Shown in pieces: positions 39,901 to 53,686 of a stretch of 64,000 bases of DNA. How positions within the stretch are numbered: position 1 is the first letter of the stretch; each line of letters starts with the position of its first letter. The translations under genes were made by a program, and so were the position numbers. Under the pieces are notes generated by a model that saw only the letters and a program-made list of their open reading frames with translations, made no database searches and was not told the origin of the DNA. Source of the DNA: Geosiphon pyriformis uo1 (Eukaryota > Fungi > Glomeromycota); NCBI GenBank assembly GCA_016748015.1, contig JAAOMT010000012.1, positions 1 through 64,000 on the forward strand, in the 5' to 3' direction.

Positions 39901-41620
39901 GTCAGAACTCCATTCCAGTCATAAGGCTTGGGAATCATTGAAACCCAAACTTCCTTCCAGGGACCCAGAACATTACCAGCCTTCAAACAAGAATTGAGCA
40001 AATCTAGAAAACAAACCAACACGCCATCACCACAATGTTTCCATAATTTGTTGGTTATGCCAGAAAGACCAACAGCTTTACTATTAGGTAACTCATTGAC
40101 CACAACAGACAATTTACCCAGACTAATATTACTTATTACATCTAAGAAAGCACTATTATTCACATAATCTAAGAGAGTGTATTAATGCATCCAAGAGTCA
40201 GACAAAACAGGAAAAACCTTTCACTTACACATTCAATCTACTATAATCTCATCCACCTTAGACCTAACCTCTCTAGAATCCAAAATCAACTTATCATTAA
40301 TTACCAAATAATCAAAAACAATTTTGTGGAAAGGGTGCTCCAAAACACTCCTTATTATACTACCTTTATTTAAACAGAAATTCTCCATATGCCTATCAAT
40401 CGCATTCCTGATGAGCTTATGTCTGGCCAGTTCAGCTTCATAATACTTGGATTTACAATAACCCTTCTTGACCCTGGACAAATGCCTGTACAAACCAGGA
40501 AAACTCCAACCATTGCTGAGTAAGACTCCAAATTTAGAGATCTCTGTATCATCAAGTGATGACCAAGCCCAAAAGAAATGATCAAGCTTCACCAATCTAC
40601 TTGAACCCAAAAGCTTTGTAATCTTAGCCAACTTAAAAAACTTTGAGGATTGCTTGTTTCTAGGACTATCAAATTCACAGAACCAATGTTTGAAAAATAC
40701 ATTGTCAGCTGAATTACATATAACACGTCTCAAAACTTCTCACATTCTATGCAGATCTCCCATCTCTTTTGCAGTCAAAAAGAACTCAAGAGACAATGAC
40801 AGCAAAACTGACAAACAATTATTAAACCACTCTTATTTGGCTGCATTGGCATCCTTAATACAAAATTTCCAGCAATTTTTATTAGCCTGCTTGTAGGCAC
40901 TGTTAAAATTAACATCAATCAGACTCCTCAAGCCAACCAAAATTCTAATCATGTTATAATCTGTATCAAAAAACTCAGAGACAGAGACAACCTTATGTTC
41001 AACAACAGCCAATAAAAGAATATTACTAACAAAAATGTAATCAATAATTCTTTCAACACCATGAAAATTGCTCCAAGTACTTAATTTACCAAAAAAATGG
41101 CCATCCAATGGATTGACCAATCTCAAATCTGAACACTTTTTGAAACTAGCACACCTTTTTGCACCATTCTCATTAAAGTCACCACACACAACTACAAATA
41201 AACTCATGTTCACAGCCTTTGAGATAAGTGAGTTGATGCTAGAAGCCTGAGCAAATTATGTTTTGGCTGAAGCCTCAGCATACAAACCTAGAAACATAAC
41301 AGAGAGTTTATTTTTAAACAACAATTAAACTGAAATGACCTGACCAGAAACTTCTTTAATCTTTGAGACATGATGAACCAGAGAAACATTCATAATAATT
41401 GCCACACCCATACCAAGAAAACCATTTTCCAGACCAGAAGTAAAAATTCTAACACCCTCAAAATTGTCCTTAATTCACAGCCCAGCATTCGATTCAACTT
41501 AGTTTCAGTGAGAATAGAAACCATATTATCAGACTCTAAATACCAATAAATAATGTCTTTTTGCTTTTCCAAATTTGTTATTCCTCTAATATTACATGTG
41601 GCAATTTTCCAAACCAAATC
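36967..41620 (-). pseudogene. LINE ORF2: APE endonuclease - RT - RNase H - CCHC
   Basis: IATCNIRG, LTETKL, CGDFN, IDYIF (APE); KPIALIE, DMRKAYDSV, AFVDD, YRYLGI (RT); FTDGS, AEL (RNase H); CLMCEEVEFSDHAFIC. Broken by stops and frameshifts. Confidence 0.92.
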
Positions 41621-41622
41621 TG

Positions 41623-43400
41623 TTATTGAGAAGACTGAATAGAAAGAACTGAACTAACATTGTTCATCTTAGCTAAAAGGCTTATAATTGTAACTGAAAG
41701 ATTTTTCAACGTTTTTTCCATTTTTGAGACAATTGAAGGGTCAAAAACCACTGCACTTGTAACAGTTCCATCACTAGTGGCTACACCCAAACTCTCACTC
41801 ATCACTATATCCGCCTCTTGATTTTGTGATAAAGGGGTCACCAATGGCTGACATCCAGGGCTAAGCTGAGAAACCACTGGCCTGAGTGTATTCAACCTCT
41901 TAGCCAGCTTATCAACATGCTCTGCAAGGCTGGCGAGACTGCGCTCAAGTGTAACAAATCTATCATTCAACACCAAAAACACTACCAGAGTAGGCTTTTC
42001 TTCTAAAAAAAAGTCAATATTCAGCACACCATTCAGAATAGGAAGAGGGGGGAAGGAAAACCCACCAACAACCTTGGCCCATGAAACATTACCGAAGGAA
42101 ACAGAATAAGCAACTGGTACCAAACATTTGGCATAAATGGCTGCCAGTTGGCTTTTATTGGCATCTGAAAAAAGATGACATGACAAACTGCCAGAAGATA
42201 AATTCTCAGCAGAAATACAGTCCAGAAAGGTATAACCTAACTTCCTACACTTTGCACACACCACAGATCCAAGACAAGACCAATGAAGATGAGCATTCCT
42301 CAACACTGGTATGGTTCTCATGACGGCATTCAATGCATTGGCTAACTCAAAACAAACAATGGCACATCTAACCTGAGCATATGTAACAGAATGTCAATTA
42401 ATTAAACATGTTTTCTTATCTACAGAACCAATGAAATCCCAGATGTCGTGAGTATTTGTTCCCACAGGCAGAGTATAGAGCAGTGCCCTATGTTGATCCC
42501 TTAAATTCCATGTTTTTTTATCATGATTTGATCTAGCAACACATACTATATCCTTTCCGATCAGGATAGACCATTTAGCTGCCAAGAGATCAGCCTGATT
42601 CTGCTCTTCAAAATCAATGATCATCTTCTGTTACAGTCCAACTAACTGCATTTTGATCGACTTAATCACCCCAAATTCAGACAGTACAGCATACATAGCC
42701 TCAGCAGATGTACCAACAAGAATTTTTTTTAACACCACAGCCCGATCTGAGCAGCCAACTGATTTCTTGAGATTGGTGTTCACCAAGATCTATGCTTCTT
42801 CAGCTTTTTTTGAAGCCTGCACCAAACTCAATTCAGAAGTGAACGTCACTTTAATGATCCCAGTAAATTTTAAGAGGGTAGAGACCCCCCCAAAACCATT
42901 AATTTTTGAAATAATTTTCTAATTACTATCAACTTTTTCTGAGAAGATTTTCCAACCACCTTATCCAAGCCAATATCTAAAGTGAAAGATTTCTTAATAG
43001 AAACAGTGACCAAATTTTTTAAGAGAGGGGAAAGCTCCAGAAGGGTATCCAAAAGAACATTATCATCATCATTATAACCTGAGAAATTTATCTTGCCCAA
43101 TGCTTGAATAGTTTTGACACTTGGCTCTTTAGGCATATGATTATAATCTCCACCAACAATAGTGCCTTTCTTATTATAGTCAAAGCTGGTCTCCTCAACC
43201 AGATATTCTTCTTCCATATTAATGTTTTTTGACTTGGTGGTGTTACCAGTCTCAGAGCCTCAAGAACGACCACTTGGCACTATAGTTGGCACCTCTTTGC
43301 TAATAGCACTCTCTTCTAAAACAACATCTTTCTTCTTTTTTCTTGACAAAACAGACTTAAAACCATCTCCAGCTCTAAACTCTTTAACAATCTTCTTTAT
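41623..43400 (-). pseudogene. LINE ORF1 (RNA-binding protein, Zn knuckle, coiled coil)
   Basis: ORF fragments 42870-43217, 42394-42624 and 41623-42333. Knuckle relic CAKCRKLGYTFLDC and coiled coil LERSLASLAEHVDKLAKRL. Confidence 0.8.
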
Positions 43401-43789
43401 AACAGCAATACTAGGGCCAACAGTAGCCTCAAAATCAAAAAACAGTTTGGTTTTATTGTATTGAATGTTGAAAAAACTTTTTTCAAAAAACTACTAACTC
43501 TTTTTTTTGGAATTTTGGGATAAACAAGAGAAAAAAGTTTTTAAAAATTTATTTATAAAACCAACAGCTATATAAAAATAAGAGTGTTAAACCAAAACAA
43601 TGAGATATCAATTTATATTACTAATAAGTAAAAAATTTATAATTTTAAAATTCAGACCAGTTTTTTATAAAAAATATCTAATAATATTATTTATAGATTT
43701 AATAAAATAATATATTACTATAAATTATTTAATTAGTCATTATTAAAAAACTTTTTTCAATATTTGCTGAAAAAATAAACCCTAAAAAC

Positions 43790-44527
43790 ATAATTAAATT
43801 TTGGTCTCTTTTTTTAAATGTTATTAATATTAGTTTGCTGTTAATTTACATTTATTGAAAGCTAGTAATTCTTCAATAACTGAATTTATCTTTAAATTAT
43901 TTTTTATAATTTAAATTATTGGGCTTATAAGTAGAATAGCCAATTCTGTACCTGTTACTTTGTATAGTCACATTAAAATAAATATCAATTTTTTTTTAAA
44001 AATTGCTTATTTGGAAACTTACTAAATTATGTAGTTACTTTTTTTTATAAAAGTCAACTTTTTTACAAGAATTTGTTTATAAATTACTTTAATAATTATA
44101 ATAAGAAAAAATAAAAATAAAAAATAAAAGAAATATAAAAGAAATAAGATTTTGTTTAAGAAATTGTTTTTGGTTTAGACTTAAAAAGACTAACAATTTA
44201 CTGAAATTAGTAGCTAATTAATTTCAAAATATTAGTTGAGTTTTAGGAAATTTTAAGTGTGAATAATCTAAAAATTTTAACTTTCAAATTATTTTAATTG
44301 ATTCTAACTAAAATGATTTTTGATAAAATATATTTTCTTGAAGAAAAAAGCTTTTTTTTTATACAACTTATTATAGTATTAGTTTGTAAATTTGAATTTT
44401 ATCTCTTTGCTATAATTTTAATAAATTAAAGATACATTTTAATAAACTACATGTTATTTTATTAAGCTATTAACTATTTCAGTAAATTATTCATTATTTT
44501 TACAAATTTTTACATATTTTGGTGAAT
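43790..44527 (-). mobile_element. Family B solo LTR; its last ~25 bp resume at 45426-45450 after the MITE
   Basis: Colinear with 16880-17580 (e.g. actgaatttatc...ttgggcttataa; gtagttactt...aaaagtcaacttttttaca). Confidence 0.75.
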
Positions 44528-45425
44528 TAGAGTTCTAATATTTAATTCAGTTTAGTTTAAGTTTAATTAAACTACCAAACTAAACCAAATTTAATAGAAA
44601 ATTTGGCAAAATTTCGAACTTAAACTTAAGTCAAACTTAAAATTACTGAATTTAAACCAAACCCAAATACATGTAACAAGTCTGGTTCAAGTTTGGTTTG
44701 AGTTTATTAGGTTTTACTATTAAAAACATTATATTATACTATATTATTATTTAATTTTCTTTTTAATGGGCTTTGTATTTATAATCAAAGATATTAAACA
44801 TTTTGTCTTTTTTTATGATATTTTTTTATTATAACATATACTGTCTGGTAAAAAGTTTTTAAATAGTATTATAAAAGTTTGGTAGTATTTACAGTTCCAT
44901 AAAAAAATAGTTTATACATATATTTTGTGACTGTATATTTAGCTGTTTTTTTCTTTTATCCATTTAAATTTATTTAAATAGTTTTATACTTTATTCTAAA
45001 AACTATATTTACCAAATATATTAATATTTGGACTATTTAAATTATTAAATTCTATTATTTCGAATTTTAAATCTTTAATAATATTGGATAATACTGACAA
45101 TAAATTCATTTTGATAAGTTAAAAAGTAAAATTATTATACATACATAATTTTATATACCTCTTTAATTGATCATAGTAATTAAACAAAGTAATGATTAAT
45201 AAACAAATAGTACAAGTTATATTTTTTTTAATTTCATCAAACTTAAACAAGTTTGTAAACTTTGAACCAAACTTGAACTAAATTCAAATTTGTTAAAAAT
45301 GTTTAATACTAAACTTAAACCAAATCTACTTTGAAAAATTGGTTTAGTTCAAGTTCAGTTTGTAATTTGAACTGAACTTAAACAACATTCAAAGTTTGAT
45401 TCAATTTAATTTAATTAAAACTTTA
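44528..45425. mobile_element. hAT-type non-autonomous DNA transposon (MITE), 898 bp
   Basis: TIRs tagagttctaat / attaaaacttta (10/12 match), 8-bp TSD tggtgaat / tgacaaat, and subterminal aaccaaac/gttcaagtt repeats at both ends. It splits the family B LTR. Confidence 0.75.
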
Positions 45426-45450
45426 TGACAAATTTTTAAATATTAAATGG

Positions 45451-46350
45451 TATTACAAATAATTATTTGAGGTCTCAAATCAAATAACAAACACATAATT
45501 TAGTGTTTAATAGCTAATATCATTGGTAATTTTTGAAAATTTTTATATCTGAAAGTTTTGGTAAAATCTTTTGTATAATAGACAGAGATTCAATAGTTGT
45601 TTTCAGTAGTCTTTTGGAATCACAATTCTGTTAATTTCTTTCTCAGCTTGGTAGCCAATAATTCCCTGGTAAGCTATTCTCAATTTTGAGTGTTTATCTT
45701 TATTCCTAAGTTTTTTACCAGTATTTTATCTTGACATTAATATTCTGCACATTAATTTTTTTTAATCAATTAGTAAATCAACAACAAAAAAAATAAATAA
45801 AAAAAAAGAAAAAAAAGAAAATTAAAAAATAAACCAAAGCAAGAAAAGTTACTATCTCATCAATAGCCATGATTAAGAGCTATTAGTTTAGTGTAGTTAA
45901 GTATTAGTAATTATTAACATAAGTTTATTAACAGCAAAAAAATATATTGTAATGGTAATAAGTATTTTATTGATATTTAATATTTTTACTTTAAGTCATA
46001 GAATACTATTATATAAAAAAATGATGGGGAATTAGAATTGAGCATTCTAAATTAAGAATTTTGTCTTTTCTACTTCTAATATTACTATTATATATACATA
46101 AATTTCATTATATAAAATTCTTTGAATTCCTTAATTCTCTAGCCAGGAATTTTGGAATTCCTAGAATCCTGTAATTTCTCAAAAAGAATCCTGGATTTCT
46201 AGTATCTTGAAATTTCTTATATTGGAATCCTGTAATTCTGAAATTCTGTGATTTCTCTAAGAGAAATTCTGGAATTCTACTTTTACTGCGTTTTATTCTG
46301 ATTGGCTAATTTGTGTATTAATATATAATTCCTATATTTTATGAGTAATA
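45451..46350 (-). repeat. 3' LTR of E2
   Basis: Reverse complement of 52768-53684. Pyrimidine tract (minus-strand PPT) at 46351-46364. Confidence 0.88.
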
Positions 46351-49300
46351 TTATCTTTTTTTTTAATATTGAGCTCTATTAAAATCTTCTATATCTCTTA
46401 ACTCTTCTTTTTTGATTAACTTCTAAACTTTTTTTTTAAGAATTATTTGCATTATTTTGATCTGTAATTTTTTAAATTGAATATTGATTATTTTTTCTAA
46501 TTGGTTGATAGTAATTGTATCTATTACTAAACTAAGTAGTATTGCTAATCAATCTTGAAATTCTGTATGTAGCTGATATATGTTTTATGTCTGTGTGAAC
46601 AGATTGTTTTTCTCCACAAATTGTTCAAGTTGTTGTAGTATTGTTGTATTAAATAATCATTTTGTTTTGTCCATGTATAAGTTCTGAATATTCAGATTTT
46701 GTTCCAAGTAATAATAACAAAAGTTTCTTGGAAATTGTTATATTCACCATATTCAAGTTTTTTTGATCAATTCTTAATATAGTACAATTGTTTCTGGTAT
46801 TTTTATTGACAATTTTACTTTTGCTATTATCTTGTTTATAGTATTTTCTAGTTTTTTGTGTGCCTTGTATTGGTTTTTTTTTATTATCTTTGTATTGAAT
46901 AGTTTGTTAATTAATTGTGATTTTTATATTTGTTTTTTGAATTAATTGGAATAGTTGTTGTGCAAGTAAGTAGATGTCATCAGTAATCTCTATTTTTTAT
47001 TGTTGTTTTGGTCATATATACTGTATCTTTTTATATTGTTTTAATTAATTACTTTGATATGTTTGTGTTAATAATTATAATTGGTTCCAGATCTTATAGA
47101 ATTTTATTTAGTTGGATTAGTATTTATTGTATTCCTAGTTGTGAAATATTACTGATAGATGATAATATTGTATTGTAATATAGTTTCAATTGATTTTTAT
47201 GTGCTGTTTTGGCTAAGATTTTGTTATTCTATCTTAGTTTATAAGCTCTATTTCTTAGAATTTCTTCAATATAAAATGGTCTGTCCTATTTAGGATCAAA
47301 TTTTCTACTCCATTGTTTTTTTACTTTGGTATAATATAAGAGTACTTTGTCTCCAATTCTAAATTCAACTGGTTTATTTGGTAATTAGTTATCATGTTAT
47401 TTTTTTTGCAATTTTTAAATGTTATTAGCTGCTTTTTATTTTTTGTTTTCCAATGTTTCCATTAATTTGTATGTTTTTTTTAGTAATGTTTTTTGGAAAT
47501 TGGCTTCTGTTATTGGTTTTATTGGATATGTATTAATGTCTATCTCTATAGATAATGTTATTGTTTTATCATAAACAAGTTCAAATGATGTTGCTTGTAT
47601 AGTATCTTGTTTTATTGTCTAATAAGCAAATAGTATTAATGGTATAAACAAATTTTATTTGTTTTGGTTTTCTTGACTGATTTTGGTGATTGCTTTACAC
47701 AATGTTCTGTTGAATCTTTTCATTAAACTATTTGTTTATAAATGATATGGTAATAATAATAGTCTTTTGATTCCAAATTTTTGGCTTAATTCTGTTAATG
47801 TTCTGTTTACAAAATGAGTTCTTTGGTCTGATAATTATTTTTTTAGACATTTGTGTTGACAAATCAAATCTTGATAAACAAATTTGGCTACAGATTCTGC
47901 ACCTGCTCTTTGAATTGCTTTTGCCTCTGGCTATTTTGTAAGATAGTCCATGGCTACTGCTATATAATAATTGCTTTTGCTAATTATTGTTAATAGTCTA
48001 ATTAAGTCAATTCTAATTCTATCAAATAGTTGTTCTACTTTAATTGGTCTTAATGGTTTACTGAGTCTTATTCCTCTCCTTTTCTAATAAGCATCACAAT
48101 TTTGAACATATTAGATCTGAATACATTGATAACCAATAATATTTCTTTCTGGTTTTTTCTATGGTTGCTTCTTTATGGAAATGTTTTGTGGTTGAATTTA
48201 AATGCATGTTGTATAGTATTGTTTCTTTCTCTAATTCTGTGATTACTCTGAGTAATTGATCTAAATCTTTTCTGTTTTTCTAATATAGTATATTTTGATG
48301 AGTAATAAAATATTTTGATTGTTGTTTTATGTTGTTTTGTTCTTTTTGAAATAATTTCTCCTTGAATTGTTGGGTATTAATATAGTGCTGGAGTTGTTGA
48401 TATTTTTGTGTATTCATTTTTTGTTATATTTTTAGATTGAAATGTTCTTAGATTTGTTTCATTTACAACAAACTGTTGGCATTTCTATTTTCTTTTCTTT
48501 TTTTATAATATACTGTATATTTAAATGGTAAAAGTTCTATTTTCCATCTAACATAGCAATCATCTCCAAATTTTTATTTCTGAATTGATATCAATTCTTT
48601 GTGATCAGTGTATACTTCAAACTTCTGACTTAAATACTTTTTTTATTTAATAACTGCCCAATAGATAGCTAAATGTTTTAGAACTGGTATTCTATAGTTT
48701 TTTTTAGCTAGACTTAAACTTTGATTAGCATATGCTACTAGATGTTCTCATTTATCTGGTTTTTTCTGAGATAGTACTGCTTTCAATGCTTGACCAAATG
48801 CATTGGTAGTGATGATAAATGACTTGCTGTAATCTGAATAAATTAATACTGGAGCTTGAATCAGTTTTTTTCTTAAAATATTAAAAGTTTCTTATTGAGT
48901 TTTAATTTATTTATACTTCATATTCTTGGCTTAAAGCTGGGAAGTGTTTAAGCCAGTTTGGAGAAATTTTGGATAAAATAGTGATAGTATTTAGTAAATT
49001 CTAAGAATGATTTTAATTTAGTGAAATTTGTTAATACTGAAAAGTTTTTAACAATCTCAATTTTATCTGGATCTGTCTTGATATCATCTTTGCTTATGAC
49101 ATGTCCCAAGAATTTCAGTTCTGTTTTTTTAAAAAAACATTTTTTTGTATTTAGTTTCAATTCAGCTCTCTTTAATCTTTTAAACATTTGCTAAAGATAG
49201 TGGAAATGATTATTGAATGTTTTTGAAAATATATTTATATCATCCAAGTATATGATTATTGATTAAATTAACCCATTGTCTAACATCTAGTTGATTTCTT

Positions 49301-52300
49301 GTCAGATGATTTTATGGCTTGCTGATGGCATTTTGTATGCTTTTTGTTTAATTGGCATTGTATCTTTAGTCTTAATCTGGTGCTAAATAATATCAGTTCT
49401 ATCAAATTTATTTTCATTGGCAAAGATATTAGTAAAATTGTTAAGTAGTATTTTGAGTTGTATATGTTGAAGTAAGTCTAAATTTTCTAAGTTCATTTGT
49501 TTTAATTATTCTGGTTGGAGCAAATAACATTTTTTTCATCTGTATATTATTTGTGATGTGATATCTATATATCTACACAGTTGTGAAAAATCTGAAATAT
49601 TGCTTGGTTGTTGGTCTTCAACTTTAGTGTTTAAGTATCCAATAGTAGTTTTTTTTGGTATTTTGATGGAATTTCCAGTTGTATTATAGATAAGAATTTT
49701 GATGTGCTTGTAACTTTTAGCCAATATATAGAGATTGGTGATAGCAATCTTTTCTGATTTACAAATAGTGACTTCTGCTTCAAAAATTTGGGATTGATCT
49801 CTCACTTTTCTCTTTATAATTATTAAATACTAGTTATATAGTGGAATAGAAATTGATTAACAGGTGGAAATAATTTTTTTTTTGTTAATAACTTTTTCTT
49901 CTGCCATATTAACTGATATGTTTATTCTATTTGTGAATTCAAATCCTTTTATCTTTTTTGTCATTATTTCTAATTTTTTTCTATTTTTTACTGATACTAG
50001 CTGAGCTATTTTAACCAGAAATAAAAATATTGTCTGTGCTATCTTTTTATTTGACTCAATAATATAAGGTTTTTCTGATTTATTTTGTAGAATTACAATA
50101 ATATTTTTTATATATTTTGTATTAATTATTTCTCCTCTTATATTGATTCCCTTTTTTGCTAAACTACTTTTAGATATTAATTAAACAATTGTGGTTACTA
50201 GAATTTTCAGTGCTACTTTTAGATTAATACAGATATGTGAATATGGTTCCAATTTAATGGCATCTTTTCCAGGATATCTAAAATCAAATTCTGTATTAGT
50301 ATTATGTATATGTTTTGGCATAATACCTTTATTATTATCATTAAATCATTTGAGTTTTTGCTCTTTTGAGAGATCAGAAAGTGCAATATATTGTTTTGAG
50401 TTTGAATTAAAATTTGAATCTTTGCCATTGTTATTGCCATTTTGAACAGAACTAGAACCATTATTATCATCATCATTGTTAAAGTTTGAATCATAATTAA
50501 GTAGCAATTCTGATTCCATTTTGCAGCTGCTAATTGGTTCTTTTTTTTTAAAGATTATGTAGATTATACATGATAGTGGATTGTAAATGAGGTCACAATC
50601 ATTACAATATTAAAAGTCATAGGGAATTAAACAGTGTTAACAAAGTTGGGTATTTAGCTGCTTTAAACACTGTTTTTGTTTTTGTCTGATTGGCACTAAA
50701 TTCTGGTAGTGTTTATAGAATTCTTTTGGGCCAGCTTCAATATTAAGAAATGTGTCTGAATTAAAAATAAGAACAGTTTCAATTGGTTCTGGTGAGTTGT
50801 TTTTAATTTCTAAGATTTTGCTGGGCAATGCACTTTTGACTTTGGTAATTGCCATTTGCCAGATCTCATCTTTGTTATATAGATAACTGTCTAAGTGTGA
50901 GATTGTTTGGTTTCATACAATAGTAAAGAATATTTCACAACTTATCCAGTTGCTTATAAGAATCGTGTATTGACATAAAGCATCATATGTTCTTTCTTAA
51001 CCAGAAATATTATTCCATATTTCTTTGTCAAATAGGATTTCTCTACAAGTAAGACCTGGCTTATTGTTTTATTTTCTTTGTCTTTTTGGATAACCATAAC
51101 GTTTACAGTGACATAACTTGTAATAGTAGTACATGTGTGTTCAGTAATCTTTATCAAGCACAACTTAGACTTCTATAGAGAACAGTTTTTTCTTGCAGTC
51201 CTTGCACTTTAGTAAAATATATGGTGGTTTTGGTCTGATGTCAGTCAAATAAAATTTTTCTCAGCCATTGGTGTTTTTTTCAGTGGCAGTGTTCTTTTGT
51301 GGCTTCTCTTTGTTTTTGTTTTTTTTATTATCCCATGATAGTAGTGGTAACAGTTTATTGTAATTTTTTTTAATCTATAAAACTTAATAGGCTTCTTAAG
51401 TAGGTTTTTGTTCTTCTTCTTTAAATTCTATCAGTCATTGTATAATAGTTGGTTTGAAGTAACTACATTCAGCTAATACTTGCATGTTTTGGCTGTTCTG
51501 GCTGAGCTAAAGCTCTTGTATGGTCCAATCAAATACTGCATTTGTTTTGAACAGCCAGTTATTTCTCATGAGAGCTTGGTACTGAAGACTTCCATTATAA
51601 AGACTTTAATTGGTGCAATAATGCTGTTGACTTTAAACAAAAAGTCATCAATCTCACTGATTGAAGTTTTTGTTGTTCTATTTACTGTGATAATTCTAAT
51701 ACTGGCAGTTTAATTAACTCAATAACCTAATTGGTCCATAAGTTATCATGTAATGATGCTGTCTGCTGAACTGCTATCAAGAATTAACTTGATAGCATAG
51801 CCATTAACTTTGGTATTAGTATATATAATAGTAAAAAGTTTAGTATTAAGAACAGCTTTACTAAATAATGATGTTTCTAATAGAGTTTCTATTTTAAAAA
51901 GAAATATTACAAGAGATTTATTTTTTGTAATAATTGCAAGTGGAATGTTATTAATAAGTGTTTGTTTCTAATTAGTTTTTGGATTGTTGAATTGAGCATT
52001 TTTTAGAGTAATTATGAGACTTAAATAGTTCTGAGAATTCAAATTTTGGTTGTACTTAGTATCTGAACTCTACTGGTAGAATTTTAATAGCTGACTGAAT
52101 AAACTAAGGATTGGTTGGTACATTATTATTGTTGATCTTCAGTTTTGCTGTATATGTGTAATTCTTGGCTTTTGGTTTCCAGATGAAATTTGAATTGAAT
52201 TTTGTGGCAATATAGAGATAGATTGTAGTTAATAAATTACTTGTAACTGTGGTTGATAAATAATTGGAACTGAAATTTGATAGATTAAAGATACATATAT

Positions 52301-52767
52301 TGGTTGTTATGTCATTTGTGGGTAATGAGGTTAATATTAATATAGTTTCTTTGATAGATTGTTGATATAGTTCAAAGTTTGAAATCTGCAATCAGGGTTT
52401 TAATATTGATTCTCTAATTGTTGATTATTCATTTTGGCAAAGCAGTCAACCCTGATATGACTTTGTTTATCACAATTATAACAGATATGTGTCTCTTGTT
52501 GCCATGATAATCAAGTTAACAATAACATAGAACATGATTAATTTTGGTGCTAATTGAAAGCTTTGAAATTGTCACAATATTGTGGTAGTTGATATATTGT
52601 TTGATTGTTGTTAGTTAAGTATCCTTCTAATTTCTGATTAATTGAGTTACTGAACTGTTTTAATTTTGAGTCCAAGTCAGAAGATCTGTTTATTACTAGA
52701 TTTACAGCTTGGGCATAATTGGCTTTTAGTTCAGCTAATTTAAAGTCTCTGACATATATAACTGTAA
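45451..52767 (-). mobile_element. Ty3/gypsy family A element (E2): partial gag, PR, Cys-rich region, dUTPase, RT (internally deleted), RNase H, IN, extra ORF, PPT, 3' LTR
   Basis: Reverse complement is colinear with 58085-64000. LILDSSSA protease motif (~51785), YLDD (~49245), RT ORF 48948-49187. Interrupted at 52767 by E1. Confidence 0.92.
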
Positions 52768-53684
52768 TGTTACTCATATAATATAAAAATCATATATTAG
52801 TACATAAATTAGCCAATCAAAATAAGACATAGTAAAAATAAAATTCTAGGATTCCTCTTAAAAGAATTGTAAGATTTCAGAATTACAAGATTCCAGTATA
52901 AGGAATCACAGAATTCTAGAATTTCAGGATTCTTTTCAAAAAATTACAGAATTTCAGGAATTCCAGGATTCTTGGCTAGAAAATTGAGGAATTCAAAGAA
53001 TCTTATATAACAAAATTTATGTATATATAGTAATAACATTAAAAACAGAAAGAACAGAATCCTTAATAAGAATTTTCAGTTAAAATTCTTAGTTTAAAAT
53101 ATCCAGTTTCAATTTCACATCTATCTCTTTATATAATAGTATTTTATGACTTGAAGTGGAAACATCAAATATCAATAAAATATCTGTTACTATTACAATC
53201 TATTTTTTTGCTATTAATAACTCATGTTAATAATTACCAATACTTAACTATATTGAACTAATAGCTCTTAATCATAGCTATTAACAGGATACTAACTTTT
53301 CTTGTCTTGGCTTATTTTTTCATTTTCATTTTTTTATTTTTTTTTATTTGTTGTTGATTTACTAATTGATTAAAAAAAATTAATGTGCAGAATACTAACG
53401 TCAAGATATAGCATTGATAAAAAACCCAGAAATAAGAATAAATATTTGGAATTGAGAATAGCTTACCAAGAGATTGCTGGCCATCAAGCTAAAAAAAGAA
53501 TTAACAGAATTGCAATTCTGAAAGACTACTGAAAACAATTATTGAATCTCTGTTCATTATACAAAAGACTTCACCAAAACTTTCAGGTATGAAAACCTTC
53601 AAAAATTACCAACCAATTTAGCTATTAAGTACCAAGCTATATGTTTGTTATTTGATTTGAAACTTCAAATAATCACTTGTAACA
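52768..53684 (+). repeat. 5' LTR of E1 (TGTTAC...GTAACA)
   Basis: Terminal inverted TGTTAC/GTAACA, followed by tt and the PBS. Confidence 0.9.
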
Positions 53685-53686
53685 TT

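Larger units (their letters stand above)
36830..43550 (-). mobile_element. Near full-length L1-like LINE with RNase H (degenerate)
   Basis: ORF1 and ORF2 fragments are colinear over 6.7 kb, followed by the 3' UTR and a (TAA)n-like tail at ~36830-36845. Confidence 0.93.

Noticed and set aside
25626-43550. Telomere-maintaining retrotransposon array (HeT-A/TART-like)
   Set aside because: The LINEs are >23 kb from the end, in mixed orientation and not joined to telomeric repeats, and a canonical CCCTAA tract is present.
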